DNA from: Euprymna scolopes
Lineage: Eukaryota
NCBI GenBank assembly: GCA_053919585.1
Contig: CM132804.1
Strand: one strand, 5' to 3'
DNA length: 64,000 nt
The translations under genes and the position numbers were made by a program. Shown here piece by piece: positions 1 to 14,337 of the stretch. Every line of letters starts with the position of its first letter. Within the stretch, counting starts at the first letter, position 1. The notes below the pieces were generated by a model that saw only the letters and a list, made by a program, of their open reading frames with translations, was not told the origin of the DNA and made no database searches.

Positions 1-1780
1 AGTTATCTTAATTGACTCACTCTCTTTGGGTTTTGGTTTCGAGTATTTTTTATTTACAATAAGTGGACTGTTTGGAAAAAAATCATAATACTCGCATGTA
101 TATGTATCAGTTGCTGTATGAATTAAGCTATAATATTTATGGATATTTTATGACCGGGCAACGATGAGAGGCCTGCTAGTTATATAGTAAAATTCACGCG
201 GAATAAGCAAAAAAAAAAAAAAAAAAGAAAAAAAAGAAAAGATAATGCCACTATCATAAATAACAAAATCCTATATTATAACTATATGTTTTAAATGAGA
301 AGGACATTTTTTTATAGAATCAAATTAGGTTAATTTGAATTTACGTACTTTTTGATTACAATTAATTTTTGTTGCTTATTGCTTTAGTTTTCGCTTTATC
401 AATTGTTAATATTACAAATGCACATTGGAAAAATAATGTCAAACTTGTTCTAATAGTAATACATATTGCGTAAGAACTTTCGAAATTGTTAAATTCACAC
501 TTTGCCAAAACTATTTTGTGAATTCTTTTACTACGTTCATGCCAATGCGAAATTCTGGCTATCTAAGCGTTCAGCATCATTGGTGTATGTACGATAACGT
601 TGAAAATCAGTCTACCACTTTTCAACGGATTTCCGATGGAGCACAGTCCAATTAATATTCATCAAACCATACCACTGCTTGACTGATATGTTTTTCAATC
701 AGAAAGCAATGTCTTATCACCACAAGTAATTCGGATGTTTAATTGATTTGAAACTTTAGAATAATAGCTTTACATTAATAATTATCATTTGGACACTAAT
801 AATCTTTTTGTTTTTTCTAAAATCTGACACGTACCATTTGAATGTCTTTATGTGAATCATATTACTGGTGAAATTTATGTGTTAGGCTCGAGTGATGTGT
901 TAATAATGATTTTACACGAATTATAAAGAAAAAAGATTTGCACGTCGGAATAGATTGTGATGTCATAATCTGATATCTCTGTACCTCACTCACTCACTCA
1001 CTCACTCACTCACTCACTCACTCACTCACTCACTCACTCTCTCTCTCATTACTTTCTATCTTATATTTTCAATCTTATCCGATATTTCGCCTCTGTATAC
1101 GATTTTATGTTATCTTTTAATTACTTTTATTATCGCATCTCTCACTATTTCTTTAGCTGCACCTTTACCAATATTTCAATCATAGTCATTTGTTTTTCTA
1201 GTTTTGAATATGAATATTACAAAACATCTGATATTTCCCAAAAACTCTGGTTGTGGTTCCGGAAAAGCCCATTTAAATATTTAAATGGGCTTTTCCGGAA
1301 CCACAACCAAGGTAAATGTTTCTCGCATGTTTTTCCCGTTAGGGATCCCCTCCCCCATCTTTTTTCTTTCTATTCAAAAAATACTACATTGCCAAAAGTG
1401 TATTTAATCATAAAGTCTGAAGAAATGCTGGTTTTTGAAAATTTTCAAACGATATAATGTTTGAAATTATCGAACTGGACACTGAAACAATTGTAACATA
1501 AAATGAAATATACTTTTCGTTGCCATCAACACCTTGTCTANNNNNNNNNNNNNNNNNNNNNNNNNNNNNNNNNNNNNNNNNNNNNNNNNNNNNNNNNNNN
1601 NNNNNNNNNNNNNNNNNNNNNNNNNNNNNNNNNNNNNNNNNNNNNNNNNNNNNNNNNNNNNNNNNNNNNNNNNNNNNNTATATATAATAAATTCCACAGC
1701 AATACAAAGTCGCAGTCTTAGAGTTCCGGTTCGTTGTCTGTTTGGCTTTTGGGGCTGCGACGTTGTTTGGCTGTGAAATT

Positions 1781-1837
<57 letters not shown>

Positions 1838-2644
1838 CATATATATACATATACACATATATATGATGATTGCGACGTCTGGTCAGACGAAAAAGAAAAC
1901 AATTAAATCCTTGCAGAAATCAATCGCATCAATTTTAAAGTGATATAGACCTATAATATTGCTCATTTTTCTTCTGGTATAAGTTCCCATAAAATTCTTT
2001 TGGAGGTTTTGGTATTTCTTAGGGATGACAACGAAAGTAAAAGTAAAGAAAAAAAACGACCATTTTTTTATTTATCGATCTACGTGACCTCCGATTTTAA
2101 ACGTCCTTAACAATATTACTTAAATTTGAAGACCCGACGAAAATGCTGCTCGAAACAAAAGAAAAACTGATGTTTAAAGAAAAATTACATTGAAAGTAAA
2201 ACATAAATGTTTTAATATAATGAATAAGAATATACCTAAACTGAGATGTTTAAAATAAATACTTTTACTTACATATTTTTATATATGCTAATTTACTAAA
2301 CACATTTTCTTGAAGAAACTATTGATAGTAAAATATTTTACCGTGCAATCAAGGAAGATAAATAAATTACATTGAAATGGAATGTATTCTTAAATAAATT
2401 GAAAATAACCCGATTGAATGTTAACATAGTTATAAACATTTTTCCTTATTAATAAATAAAATCATATAAGTTGAATTGAGAAAATATGCATTTATCAAAA
2501 TATAATTAAAATACAGATTAAACACGAAGCAAGTAAAAGATCGTAAAAAATAAAGTATAAGAACGCAATTCAACACGTAGGATTGTAATAGATTAAAGAA
2601 ATGAACTTAATATAGCGGTAAAAATCGTAATACATTAGGTATAC

Positions 2645-3433
2645 AACTTAAACTTGGACGCCGCAAATTCCGCCAATTTCCATTGTTTGTCTAACTTGGA
2701 AAAGATAACAGAAAAAAAAGGACGACGACATTGTCGTGTACTGCGCTCATTTACAGGAACTCTACGGGAATATGTCAGATTCATAAACCGATTTTAACTT
2801 GAAATCCCTGGTTAGGTAATCGATCCGTTTACTGAAGCCAATACAGAGGTGCCAATCCATCTAGAAGAACTTGTAGGTTTGCAAAATGACGTGGATCTGA
2901 AACCAAAGTTCAAAACCTCTTAACAAGCTTTTTGGATAGAAACAGCGATTCCAAAACGCTAACAACCCCGTGGAAAGAGATCAAATAATTTTTCTTTGCT
3001 TTTCTGACTTCCTACTTGATTGAAAAGGGGATTTGGCGCTGTGCCCAGGCTCCTCACCAAACAAAGAAACAAACTCAATATAACAGAGTGTGGTGATCTC
3101 CTGACTGCTCCTGATAAACTATCCTGATGTTGGCAGTTTGATTGCCATGCACGAAGCCAGCCCATCTTATTAAGCAGAGTAGTTGTTAATAATTTCTCGT
3201 TCGTTCGGTTTTACAATTTATTTCATGTTCAGTTCAAGGTGTTTGTGATAGAAAAATAAATATTAATAATTTTTGTTAGTTAAAATTGTTTATTATACTG
3301 TTTGTGATTGACGAATCAACTAATTCTTAATTTATCATGTATGTCGTTCTGACGTTCGTTGGAAGAGGGTGGGAGCTGGCATTGTGGTCCGGTGGGAAAA
3401 GGGGGTAGTGGCAAAGACGTTTAAAAAACCACT
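2645..3433 (+). mobile_element. hAT (Buster/Charlie-like) transposon 3' fragment, degenerate
   Basis: Frameshifted C-terminal dimerisation-domain-like peptide (TSYLIEKGFGAV..LLTKQRNKLNITECGDL...QPS) at ~2990-3172, then a right end ...AAAAACCACTG at 3433. No left TIR seen. Confidence 0.7.
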
Positions 3434-3935
3434 GAAGTATAGGAATCGAAAATAGCTACGAGGATTGTAAATAAACGCAATGCAGCGGTAAGAATCTTAA
3501 GTTAGAAAAGGAGCGTAATATAATAACTAGGATCGGAAAAGATAAATTAAAGGAACATAATATAGCCACAATGGTCGTTATAGATTAAGTAAAGGAACTG
3601 ATAGATTAAAAAGAATATAAGGTAAACGTACAGATTAAAACGTAATACTTAAAGTAAATGAACACGTAATACAACGACAGTGATCGTAAAAGATACAGAA
3701 AAGAAACATAATATAGCAGTAAAGAACGTAATAGATAAAATAAAGGAACGTTATAGAGCGCAATAGTTCGTTATAGATTTAATAAAAAGAACGTAATATG
3801 ACAAAAACTGTAATGAATTACGTAAAAGAACGTGATAGAGCGGTAAAGATCGTAAATGAAGATAATATACTTGTAAGACTCGTAATAGATTAAATAAAAT
3901 AAAACATATTATAACCATATATAATAAGTAACGTA

Positions 3936-4062
3936 CCGTACTTTGGAGTAATTGCGCCAATTAGCTAAAAGTGCTCTTTTGGCAACCATACATATAAAGA
4001 GCACTTTTTTTTTTAGTTGGCGCAATTATCCCTAGATTTGGCGCAATTACCCCAAAGTACGG
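3936..4062. mobile_element. 127-bp MITE (Tc1/pogo type, TA TSD)
   Basis: TA-CCGTACTTTGGAGTAATTGCGCCAA ... TTGGCGCAATTACCCCAAAGTACGG-TA, inserted at a TA of the minisatellite unit. Confidence 0.85.
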
Positions 4063-4123
4063 TAATATATAAAACCAGAAAGGATAAAGTAAATGAGCAT
4101 AATAGAGCAGTAAAGAAACGTAA

Positions 4124-4561
4124 TCTATAACATAAATCTCACCTGTCTGTTTAAATGTATGTTTGTATGTATGTATGTATGTATGTATGTATGTATGTAT
4201 GTATGTATGTATGCCTAAAACTTTCGACAGAGACGATGGATTTTTACAGATTGGTATCATTTTGAAGTTCGACTCTTCGGACGACAAATATCGAAGAATT
4301 TGCCAAAAACATTAATTCCATTTACTCTGGCACTTTTTTACAGGGACAGGTCGCTTTTTCGCCGATATTTCACAAAATAATCGTCTTCTTTTCGATTAAC
4401 TAGCCTTAATTCTAGCATACGTCACTTCCGGTTTGGCGATCGGTGCAACCGCACAGACGTCACGTTTTTACGGGTTCGAGCCTGCCTGCCTACCACCACT
4501 TTTTTTTTTTTTGCTCAACACATATCTCCAAACACCCGGGCTACGCCGGGCGCCAGGCTAC
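4124..4561 (+). mobile_element. Non-autonomous Helitron, family A
   Basis: 5' TC, internal (GTAT)n, 3' GC hairpin CCCGGGCTACGCCGGG then CTAC (CTAG variant). Inserted between A and T of the minisatellite with no TSD. Homologous copies at 25448-26380, ~29465-29852 and 45402-46131. Confidence 0.8.
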
Positions 4562-5379
4562 TATAGCATAATACTTAAAGAAAAAAGACCGTAATATAAT
4601 AACAAAGATCTTAATAAGTGTAATAAATGAACATAACGATAAGAACCGTAATATATTAATAAAGCAACGTCATATGTATCGACGATTGTAGTAGTTTAAG
4701 TAAAGTGACGCAATGTAGCGGTAGAAATAGTAATAGATACAATAAATAAGGTTAATTAAGCGGCAAGGATCGTAATATATTAAGTAATGGAACGTAATAT
4801 AGCAGTAAGAATCGTAATAAATAAAAAGCCATAATATAACAACAAAGATTGTAATAGATTAAGTAAAGGAACGTAATATATCGGTAATGACCGGAATGAA
4901 TTATGGAATAGCATAATATAGCAAGATATATCTCAATGTATGTAATACAGGAACATAATATACTGGAAAGGATCGTAATAAAAATGTTTTTAGTAAATTA
5001 GCGTATTTTAAGTAAAGCAACCTTACATAATTGCAAATAGTGTAATGGATTAATTAACAACATTTAATATAGCGACAAAGATCGTAATAAATCAAGTAAA
5101 ATAACGTAATATATAAGGATCGTGAAATATTAAATATAAGAACGCAATATTTTTCTTGCTATTTCACTCCCAAACAATGCACGATGCTATTATTACGAAA
5201 GGTGCTACTTGTAATGAAAACATGACGACAGATTCCTTCTAGTCATCTTTTATTCAATTAAGAATTCTACTACTTGTCTACTTGAGATGTGGAAATGTTC
5301 AGCTTTTATAGTTTGGATTATCAAAGAAGAGATAATCCATATTCACAACACGACTATTTTGGACCAATTGTGCATGCAT

Positions 5380-6510
5380 AATATGTAGTAGGTGAGCAGC
5401 GAGATGTCTGTTTACATTACATTTGAACTTCTGCATGTCAGTACAGTTAGGGAAGCAAGTACCACGGAGGTAATTCCAAAGTCTTGCAGTTCTAAGAATA
5501 AACGATTTGAGTAGAAGGCTTTCCGACATCTAGGGATTTCTACAGTGTAAGGATGGGATGTTGCTGCTTATCTGGTTAGTCGCGGGAAAAAGTGTGTGGA
5601 GTCTGTCGGGGTACTTTCCATTTAAATACTTGTAAAATAGATAAAACATCTAAAATTCGTCGATGGAACAAAGGTTGGGGTTGATTGTGTGGGACTAATA
5701 AGGTTGATGACTCTGTTTTGAACCTTGTCTGGCAGCAAGCGACAAGGGTCACATGCACCAGCCCAGGTGTGACAAAATACTACATGCATGAGTGAAGGGT
5801 GATTTGAAAAGGTAACGACGAAAGCAACTTGCAAGCACGCAAGAGAGAACCCACTTTATTCGGAGCAGCCTTGGCAATGCCATAAATATATTTGCTCTAA
5901 TCTATGTCTAAGTATGTAAAGCCGAGGAGTTTGAATGAATAGTTCTCGGGTAGCGTATCATTAACTATGATTTCAGTGTTTGAGAAGGTTTCTTGTAATT
6001 ATTAAGAGAAAGGAACCAAGTCTTACCATCCACTTATTCTCATTCCCCTACAGACTAGAAGTTTTCTTCTAAGATTTAAGCCATTTCCTTAGATGTGTTT
6101 TCATTTGTTCTTCCCTTCGTGTCTGTTATAAAGCGTGGTGTTATTAGCAAATATACCCATCTCAGATACAATTTTATCAAGGAGGTTATTTATGAATATG
6201 ACGAAATAATAAATACCAAAGAATCGACCTCTGTGGCACACTCGCGTTAATATCAGGTTGTTTTTATGAACAACGTTTAAGGGCAATGCAGATCTCTCTC
6301 TTATGTATGAAATATTTATGTTAAGTATCCGTCTATGTATTACTAAATTATTTCATTTTTGTAAGAAGACAATCGTGCAAACCCCTGTCAAAGGCCTTAC
6401 ACATATCGAGGGCTACTGCACCAGTCTCCCCTGCTTTATCCAGTACGCGATATATACATTCGAAGAGTAGAGTCATGATATCTGCAGTAGAACAGGGTTG
6501 CCCTAACATA
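5380..6510 (-). mobile_element. CR1/Jockey-group LINE RT 3' fragment, degenerate
   Basis: Remnant peptides FINNLLDKIVSEMGIFANNTTLY, CHTWAGA, RTARLWNYL..CFP.C.DMQKFKCNVNRHL. Confidence 0.85.
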
Positions 6511-7550
6511 TAAAGTTAAAGTAACATTACATGTTTAGTTAACGTTACATGACATATTTAGTAAAAGTAACACGACATATTTAGTGAAAGTAACATGACA
6601 TATTTAGTTTAAGTAACACGCCATATTAAGTTAAAGCAACATGACGTATTTCGGTTAAGTAATCTGATATATTCAATTACAGTAACATGAAATATTTAGT
6701 TAAAGTAACATGACATATTTAATATGAAGTACCATAACATATTTAAAGTAACAGGACATATTTAGTTAAAGTAACATATTTAGTTAAAGTTACATGACAT
6801 TTTAAGTTTAGGTAACATCACATATGTAGTTAAAGTAACATATTTAGTTAAAGTAACATGACATATTTAGTTAGAGTAATGTATTTAGTTAAAGTAAGGT
6901 ATTTAGTTAAAGTTATATTAAATATGTTGTACAAGTAACATGACCTATTTAGTTAAAGTAACACAACATACTTAGTTAAAATAATATGACGTATATTTTT
7001 AAAGTAACGTATTTAGTTAAAGTGTCATAAAATATGTAGTTAAAGTTACATAACATATTTAGTTAAAGTAACATTTCATATTTAGTTAAAATAACATAAC
7101 ATATTTTATGTAACACGACATATGTAGTTTAAGTTACATTACCTATATTGTTAGAGTAACATATTTAGTTAAAGTAACATCACATATTTTTTAAGTAACA
7201 TGACATATTAAGTAAAAGTAACCTGACATATTTAGTAAAAGTAACATGACATATCTAGTTAAAGTAACAGTACATATCTAGTTAAAGTAACATGACCTAT
7301 TTAGTTAAAGTAACATGACATATATAGTTAAAGTAACATGACATATTTAGTTAAAGTAACATGATATATATAGTTAAAGTAACATGAGATATTTTTTAAA
7401 GTAACATGACATATTTAGTTAAAATAACATGACATATTTAATAAAGTAACTTGACATATTTAGTTAAAGTAAAATATTTAGTTAAAGTAACATATTTAGT
7501 TCATGTAACATAACTTATTTAGTGAAAGTAACATGACATATTTAGTTTTA
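6510..7550. repeat. 23-bp minisatellite (AAAGTAACATGACATATTTAGTT)n with 18-bp variants
   Basis: Direct tandem units over ~1 kb. Confidence 0.95.
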
Positions 7551-8864
7551 GTTTATTGCCAATTACTTTTTAAAAGAGTAACACGGATGAACTATTAAAT
7601 GTGCAAAATAACTGGAAAAATTATAGAAAAAATGTTTTCTGCAACATACTAAAACTATACACACCGGTCCACGTGCGATCGCCGACGTTAAGCAACGTTG
7701 AACTTTGTCAGTACAAAAATGGGTGACTATTTGATCTCCACTCATCTCAGCATTGCTTCCAGACGTCCTGGACTTCCCCTTGCCACCTGACAAGCAGTTG
7801 CGATTCAGGAGAAGTATCGGTAGAGATTGCACCACCCTTGCTCTACAATTACAGTACAGCTACTATTACAGGGGGTATCCATTGTCTCTTTAGACTGAAT
7901 GTACACATCGATTAAGACCTAATAGAGCACTATAGGGCCATTTGCGTTTGAACTTAGCCGATCTCATCGTCTGCATCGTTATCCATTAAACCAATCTCAT
8001 TCATAATTACTAATGAAAATAGCGTTCTTTCTCTATCTTTTATATAATTCCCATAAACTCGTTTCAAACATGTTTATGATATTCTTATTTTAAATGTCAT
8101 TAAATTACAATTTATAATTGTTTATAGAAGGAATGCTATTTCCCCGATCACACAGATTTACATAGAATTTTGTCCGAAATTTTAAGGGTTCAGCAAATGT
8201 GTTGAAAATTAATAGTTGTCAAAGGGGACAGTTGAAACCCCGCGTTGGTTGTACTAGACGACCCGGACCTACTGCGCGCTAACCGGTTGCTGAAATGGAG
8301 AAAATCTCCAGACTACCAAACCTTTCCACTTTCTTTTTTCTTATCCTCTTTAAATTACACTTAGAGAAAGTGTGCGCGTGGTTGTGTGCATGTATGTGTG
8401 TGTGTACGTGCGTGAAAAAAAGAGAAAGCTAAGAGTTAGGGGCGCCTGTGTGAGTGACTTGAAAATGATCGCTGGCATCGCATTGTCTACGAAATGTTTA
8501 CAACCCCTCTCGTTAGGTAGGCCTTCTAAAATTCTTAAATAAATGAATAAATAATTAAATAAATAAATAACAGAAAGAAAGAATACCGAACCAGAGTTTT
8601 GATGTTGAATGACACTCGGCTGTTGTCGGAAGCTTAAGACGAACTCGATGGGAATAAACACCCAGCGACAGACAGACTGGCAGCAGATTTTACCAACTTT
8701 GTCTGGCTGATCTCCATTTTTAACATTCCTGGTATAAGGTCTGACCACCTGACCTGACCTTCGACATGCGGTCAATGGTTCTGCGATCATTATCTATGCC
8801 TTTCTGCACTAATATTAATACCTAATTTCGAACCATGAATCTAATAGTAAACATGTTCCAATAC

Positions 8865-11050
8865 AAGGAACAAGTGCAATATAAATACAAGTGCAATTTA
8901 AAAACAATTGCAATTAAAAAAAATACAATTTAAAAATAACAAAAACAAATTAATTTAAAAGCAAGTGGTGATCACTGTGTAAAAAAAAAAAAAGCAAGTG
9001 CAATTCTAAAGAAAGTGAAATTTAAAAACATGTGCAATTCAAAAACAATCGCAATTTAAAAACCAGTGCAATTGAAAAACAATTGCAATTCTAAACAAAT
9101 AGCAATTCAAAAACAAGTGCAATTCAAAAAAAAATTCAAAAACAATAGCAATTCAAAAACAATAGCAATTCTAAAAAAATAACAATTGAAAGACAATAAC
9201 AATTGAAAAACAATAGCAATTGAAAAACAATAGCAATTGAAAAACAATAGCAATTCAAAAACAATAACAATTGAAAAACAATAGCAATTCAAAAACAATA
9301 GCAATTAAAAAACAAATGCAATTGAAAAACAATAGCAATTGAAAACCAATAGCAATTCAAAAACGATAACAATTCAAAAACAAATGCAATTGAAAAACAA
9401 ATGCAATCCAATAACAGTAGCAATTCAAAAAACTAGTGCAATTTAAAAAACAAGTGCAATTCTAAAAAATAGCAATTCAAAAACAAGTGCAATTCAAAAT
9501 CAAGTGCAATTCAAGAAACAATTCAAAAACAATAGCAATTCAAAAACAATAGCAATTCAAAAACAATAGCAATTTAAAAACAATAGCAATTCAAAAACAA
9601 TAACAATTTAAAAACAATAGCAATTAAAAAACAAATGCAATTGAACAAATTAGCAATTAAAAAAACAATAGCAATTCAAAAACGATAACAATTCAAAAAC
9701 AAATGCAATTTAAAAACAAATGCAATTCAGTAACAATAGCAATTCAAAAACAAATGCAATTCTAAAAAAAAATAGCAATTCAAAAACAAGTGCAATTAAA
9801 AAACAAGTGCAATTCAAAAAACAAGTGCAATTCCAAAAATACAATTAAAAAACAATAGTGATTGAAAAACTTTAGCAATTGAAAAACAATAGCAATTGCC
9901 AAAACAATAACAATTGAAAAACAATAGCAATTCAAAAACGATAACATTTCAAAAACAAATGCAATTGAAAAACAATAGCAATTCCAAAACAATAGCAATT
10001 CAAAAACAAATGCAATTCAATAAAAATAGCATTTTAAAAACAAGTGCAATTTAAAAACAATAGCAATTCAAATACAATAGCAATTTAAAAACAATAGCAA
10101 TTCAAAAACAATAGCAATTTAAAAACAATAGCAATTCAAAAACAAATGGAATTCAAACAAAAGTGCAATTGTAAAACAAGTGCAATTCAAAAACAATAGC
10201 AATTCAAACACAAGTGCAATTTAAAAACAAATGCAAATCAAAAACAAATGCAATTCAAAAACAAATGTAAATTCAAAAACAAATACAATTGAAAAACAAT
10301 ACTAATTTAAAAAACAATAGTAATTTTAAAATAATAGAAATTCAAAAACAAATGAAGTTCAAAAACAAATGTAATTTAAAAACAATAGTAATTTGAAAAT
10401 AATAGAAATTCAAAAACAAGTGCAATTGAAAAACAAATGCAATTCAAAACCATAGTAATTACAAAACGAAAGCAATTCAAAAACAAGTGCAATTCAGAAA
10501 CAAATTTAATTTCAAAAACAATAGCAATTCAAATACAAATGCAATTTCAAAACCAGTGTAATTAAAAACAAATGCAATTAAAAAACAATAGCAATTTAAA
10601 AATAAATGCAATTCAAAAACAAATTCAATTAAAAAACAAATACAATTCAAAAACAAATGCAATTTAAGCACAAATGCAATTCAAAACAATAGCAATTCAA
10701 AAACAAGTGCAATTCAAAAACAAGTACAATTTAAAAATAAATGCAATTCAAAAACAAATGCTATTAAAAAAATGCAATTGAAAAACAATAGTAATTCAAA
10801 AACAATAGTAATTACAAAACAAAAGCAATTCAAAATCAGGTGCGATTCAAAAACAAAATGCAATTCAAAAACAATAGCAATTCATAAACAATAGCAATGA
10901 CAAAACAAATGCAATTAAAAAACAATAGCAATTCAAAAACAAAAGCAATTCACAAACAATAGCAATTCAAAAACAATAGCAGTTCAAAAACAAGTGCAAT
11001 TTAAAAACAAATGCAATTCAAAAACAAATGCAATTCAAAAACATGTTCAA
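8865..11050. repeat. 17-bp minisatellite (GCAATTCAAAAACAATA)n, ~2.2 kb
   Basis: Tandem units with variants caatagc/caagtgc/caaatgc. The 17-aa periodic ORFs on the minus strand are by-products. Confidence 0.95.
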
Positions 11051-11084
11051 TTTAATGACAAGTCACAAAAATGTCTACACTCTT

Positions 11085-11415
11085 ATAGGTTCTGCATTAT
11101 CTGCTCGGCTTCGACTCTTGTTCCATCATCGCAGTAAACATCACTTTGCCTGTTGTACAGGAATTTTAATGGAATATGCTCTGAAGGACTCGGTGCATGT
11201 GTGCCCTTTCGACGTATATATTCTCCACTAACACAACAAGCAGCTAAATTTCACCCTTACTGTTGACGTCCTTGACGCCGGAAAGACTACTTTAATAGAT
11301 TCTTCCCTCAGACTGCTAAACTGTAAAATTCCCTTTTCTTATTTCCATTTCTCTGATTGTACTTACATGCAAAAAATGATATGTAATGTGAACAAAGATC
11401 TCGCTGCTTTACACT
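11085..11415 (+). mobile_element. CR1-group LINE 3' fragment, degenerate
   Basis: LIGSALSARL..L.HR and downstream sequence match the CR1 3' end at 50040-50380. Confidence 0.65.
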
Positions 11416-11569
11416 TTCTTAAGTTAGAAACGAGCCTAAATAATAGCCTTTTACTTTTCTAAATTAAAATGGGCCCTGTTTTTGTCAAAAAGAGAAAAAA
11501 AAACGTATTGTTAAATGACCAAAAACAAAACCAAGAACAAACGAATAAAGGTTAAAAGTCGTGTAATAC

Positions 11570-12350
11570 TTATTTTAATCACTCTCACCTCGAACACGGC
11601 AGATTGTCACTTGGAGGTAAGGGGCTATTAGGCCTAGGAATAATTAAAACGATATTGGTTTACGTTATATTTGAACTTCTGCATATCAGTACAGGCAGGG
11701 AAACTAGTAGCAAGAAGGGAATTCCGATGTCTAGCTGTTCGAGGGACTGCGTGTTACAACAGCTTTCTGGCATTTGGAGACCTCAATAGTGAAGTGGTGT
11801 GATTTTACTGCTAGACTAGTGGTAGATGCACCAGCCCAGATGTGGCAACCATATGTGGGCGAATGGTGGCTTTATAGAGGTACAGGATGGTCTTAGGCGT
11901 GAGTAGTTTTCTAGCAAAGTAAACATAGCCCACCTTCATTGTAGCAGATTTTGCAATGTCCTCAATGTATTTGTTCCAGTCCATATTTTCTGTGAATGTA
12001 ACGTAGAGGAGTTTTGAAGAGTTTGAAGGAAGAAGTATTTGTCATGGATACAAGTGGTGCGAGAGCCATCTGGTAATTGTTTAGGGAAAGCAGTTTAGTT
12101 TTACTAGGATTAAATATAACCGCCCATTTACGGTCCCATTCCACTACGGCCTCGATGTCATTTTCTAAGGAATCAGGTGTTGTCTTAGAATTGTGTACAT
12201 CTGTTCTTCCGTTGAGCATGCTATAGAGAGTTGAATCATCAGCGCATATCCCCATATCGGACTCAGTATTATCAGGGAGGTCCTTAAAACATATCAGGAA
12301 TAATAGTGGTCCAAGGATCGACCCCTAAGATACTCCTGCTTGAATCTTAC
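11570..12350 (-). mobile_element. CR1-group LINE RT fragment
   Basis: GSILGPLLFLI, MGICADDSTLY, VVEWDRKWAVIFNPSKTKLL, LYKATIRPH; 3' UTR resembles 50400-50470. Confidence 0.85.
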
Positions 12351-12599
12351 ATTAAATCTTAACTTGTAAAATCGTGTGAACAAGTTTCAACTGAAGTTTT
12401 CATTTATTAAATTCGCTTACATTGGAATGCCGTTCGTAAAAACCGGAACCAATACCTGAACCAATACACTTCAGCCATTTGTCTCATGTTTCCTTTTCTT
12501 CTTAGAAAGTCCTCTGCTGTCTCCACTTTTAAAAGTGATAGTGATCAGTCTGCCCCAACTAAATATCGTCCCGTTTTCTTACTATTATTAGTTTTTTTG

Positions 12600-13480
12600 A
12601 AAGGCTGACCAATGGCAAGCTTATTCATTTTCTGGAAAGTCTGAGCTTCTTTAGTAATTTTCTGTATAGCTTTCGTGATTTCAACAGCTGAACTATTAAC
12701 TGAGATAACCTAGAAGTAATGTCAGTTTATTGATAATTCAAATGGGGAGGAGGACCATTGCGCTTGATATTTCAAAGCCGTTTGACAGAGCGTGGAATTA
12801 TAGTAGATATTTACTTTCACTCCAACATAGTAAGATGTGACACAAGGTCAAATTGTTTATGGTAATTAATGATTTTTAAATATAAAAGTAAGTTTATTTT
12901 ATCAATGCCAGGGCGAGAAAAGAATTCAACTTTATAGGCATATAGATATATATATTAATGAATAGTAAATATAAAAAAAATATGTGTAGTAATATATAGC
13001 CATATATAGTGATAATTAGTAGGCCTGCACATTGTGGCGTAGTGGATAAATTACGTGGCCTAGTGAATAAGTCATTTGGCAAAATCTAACTATAAATTTC
13101 GCTCTTCTTGAGGTGAAAGTTCGATCCTCATTTTGGGGGCGACATTTACCGTACAATTTCAAATTACTTAGGACTTCTTCTCCTTAAGATTAAATAACTA
13201 AAAGACTATCAACGAAAAGCTTGTTCATTTTTTCGAAAGTCTGGGCTTCTTTATTGATTTTTCGTATAGCTTTCATGGGTTCCATTCAACAAGTGATCTA
13301 CTAACTGATGTAGCAGGGGAGATATGACAGTTTTGTTGATAATTCAAGGAATGGGACGGCTTTTGTGCTTAACATTTCGAAGGTCTTTGACAAATTTCGC
13401 CATTGTGGCATTCAGCATAAACTTCAAGATTATGGTATTGTTGGTAAGGTAATTGTTATTAATAAGTCTTGTCTCTTTGA
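12600..13480 (+). mobile_element. Two short degenerate LINE RT fragments (ALDISKAFD.VW region) at ~12600-12800 and ~13200-13480
   Basis: 'ttgcgcttgatatttcaaagccgtttgacagagcgtgg' and 'gtgcttaacatttcgaaggtctttgacaaa'. The two segments resemble each other. Confidence 0.6.
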
Positions 13481-13720
13481 TTCTGCATTGTCTCGAGCGA
13501 CCTCCCACAAAAAAACAAAATGATCACCATTTAAATATAATCATTTTCAAGTGATAATAATTGTTCAGTATAAATAAAACTGACAAAAATTAAGTTGTCG
13601 TAAAACTGGTTAGCCTAATAAACAAGATGTGTTTCGGAATAAAATAACTCCAAACGAGTTGGTATGTCTTAATACAAACGACTTAAAACAGTTATATAAT
13701 CGGCACAAATTTCTTTTTTA

Positions 13721-14191
13721 CTAGCGGAGGAGGCGGAGCGCTCGTTTTTACCCAGTCATAAAATACGCTTAAATATGTTATTTTAATTTGTCAAGATTCC
13801 GTATATATTATTATAGAGTCGTGATTTCAAAAGTAAAAAAAAATGTATTTGGGTGTCATCAGCTAGAATCGAAACCCAAAGCAAAACTGTAGCATTCAAA
13901 GCTTTTGACGTTAACATTGTGCCAACCTGACACGCATATGAACTAAGTAAAATACATAAAGATGAATGTACAAAATGTATAACGATTTTTCGTCAATTTT
14001 TACCTATTTTTGACCTCTTAAAAACTCTTTTAACCGGCAAAAACCCATGAAAAATCCAATCATTTGAAGTTCCTAGCGCCGCTCTATGATTTTTAATTTC
14101 GGAGGGATAGGGTTTGAAAATATAAAGACAGACCGACAGAAAGACAGATAAACAGACAGGCAGACGGGAATAGTGTGTTCTATGAATTAGA
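13721..14191 (-). mobile_element. Non-autonomous Helitron-like element with (GACA)n-like tract
   Basis: On the minus strand: 5' TC (14191), (CTGT)n-like tract, 3' GC-rich segment then CTAG, between A and T. Confidence 0.55.
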
Positions 14192-14337
14192 TTTCAAGAT
14201 TACATAACAAAAAAAAAAGAAAAAGAAAAAATACCACGCCCCGAATAATAATAAATCTAATAAATGACTATTTTTGAACAGGTTTTGTATTTCGTTATTC
14301 CATTCCCTATAATAAGATAAGATTTCATAAAACACAT

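Larger units (their letters stand above)
2520..5150. repeat. Degenerate ~42-bp minisatellite (consensus ~ATCGTAATAGATTAAGTAAAGGAACGTAATATAGCGGTAAAG) interrupted by three TE insertions
   Basis: Recurrent 'atcgtaatagattaa...aacgtaatatagc' units at 2520-2640, 3440-3935, 4063-4123 and 4562-5150. Confidence 0.75.

Noticed and set aside
1107-1856. ORF-track ORFs crossing N gaps or (TA)n/(TG)n tracts, here and elsewhere
   Set aside because: Open only because of Ns or microsatellite (YIYI/CVCV); not genes.
6510-11050. CRISPR-like arrays or Cys/Phe-rich repeat proteins
   Set aside because: Units are contiguous with no unique spacers, there are no cas genes, and the ORFs are translations of minisatellite.
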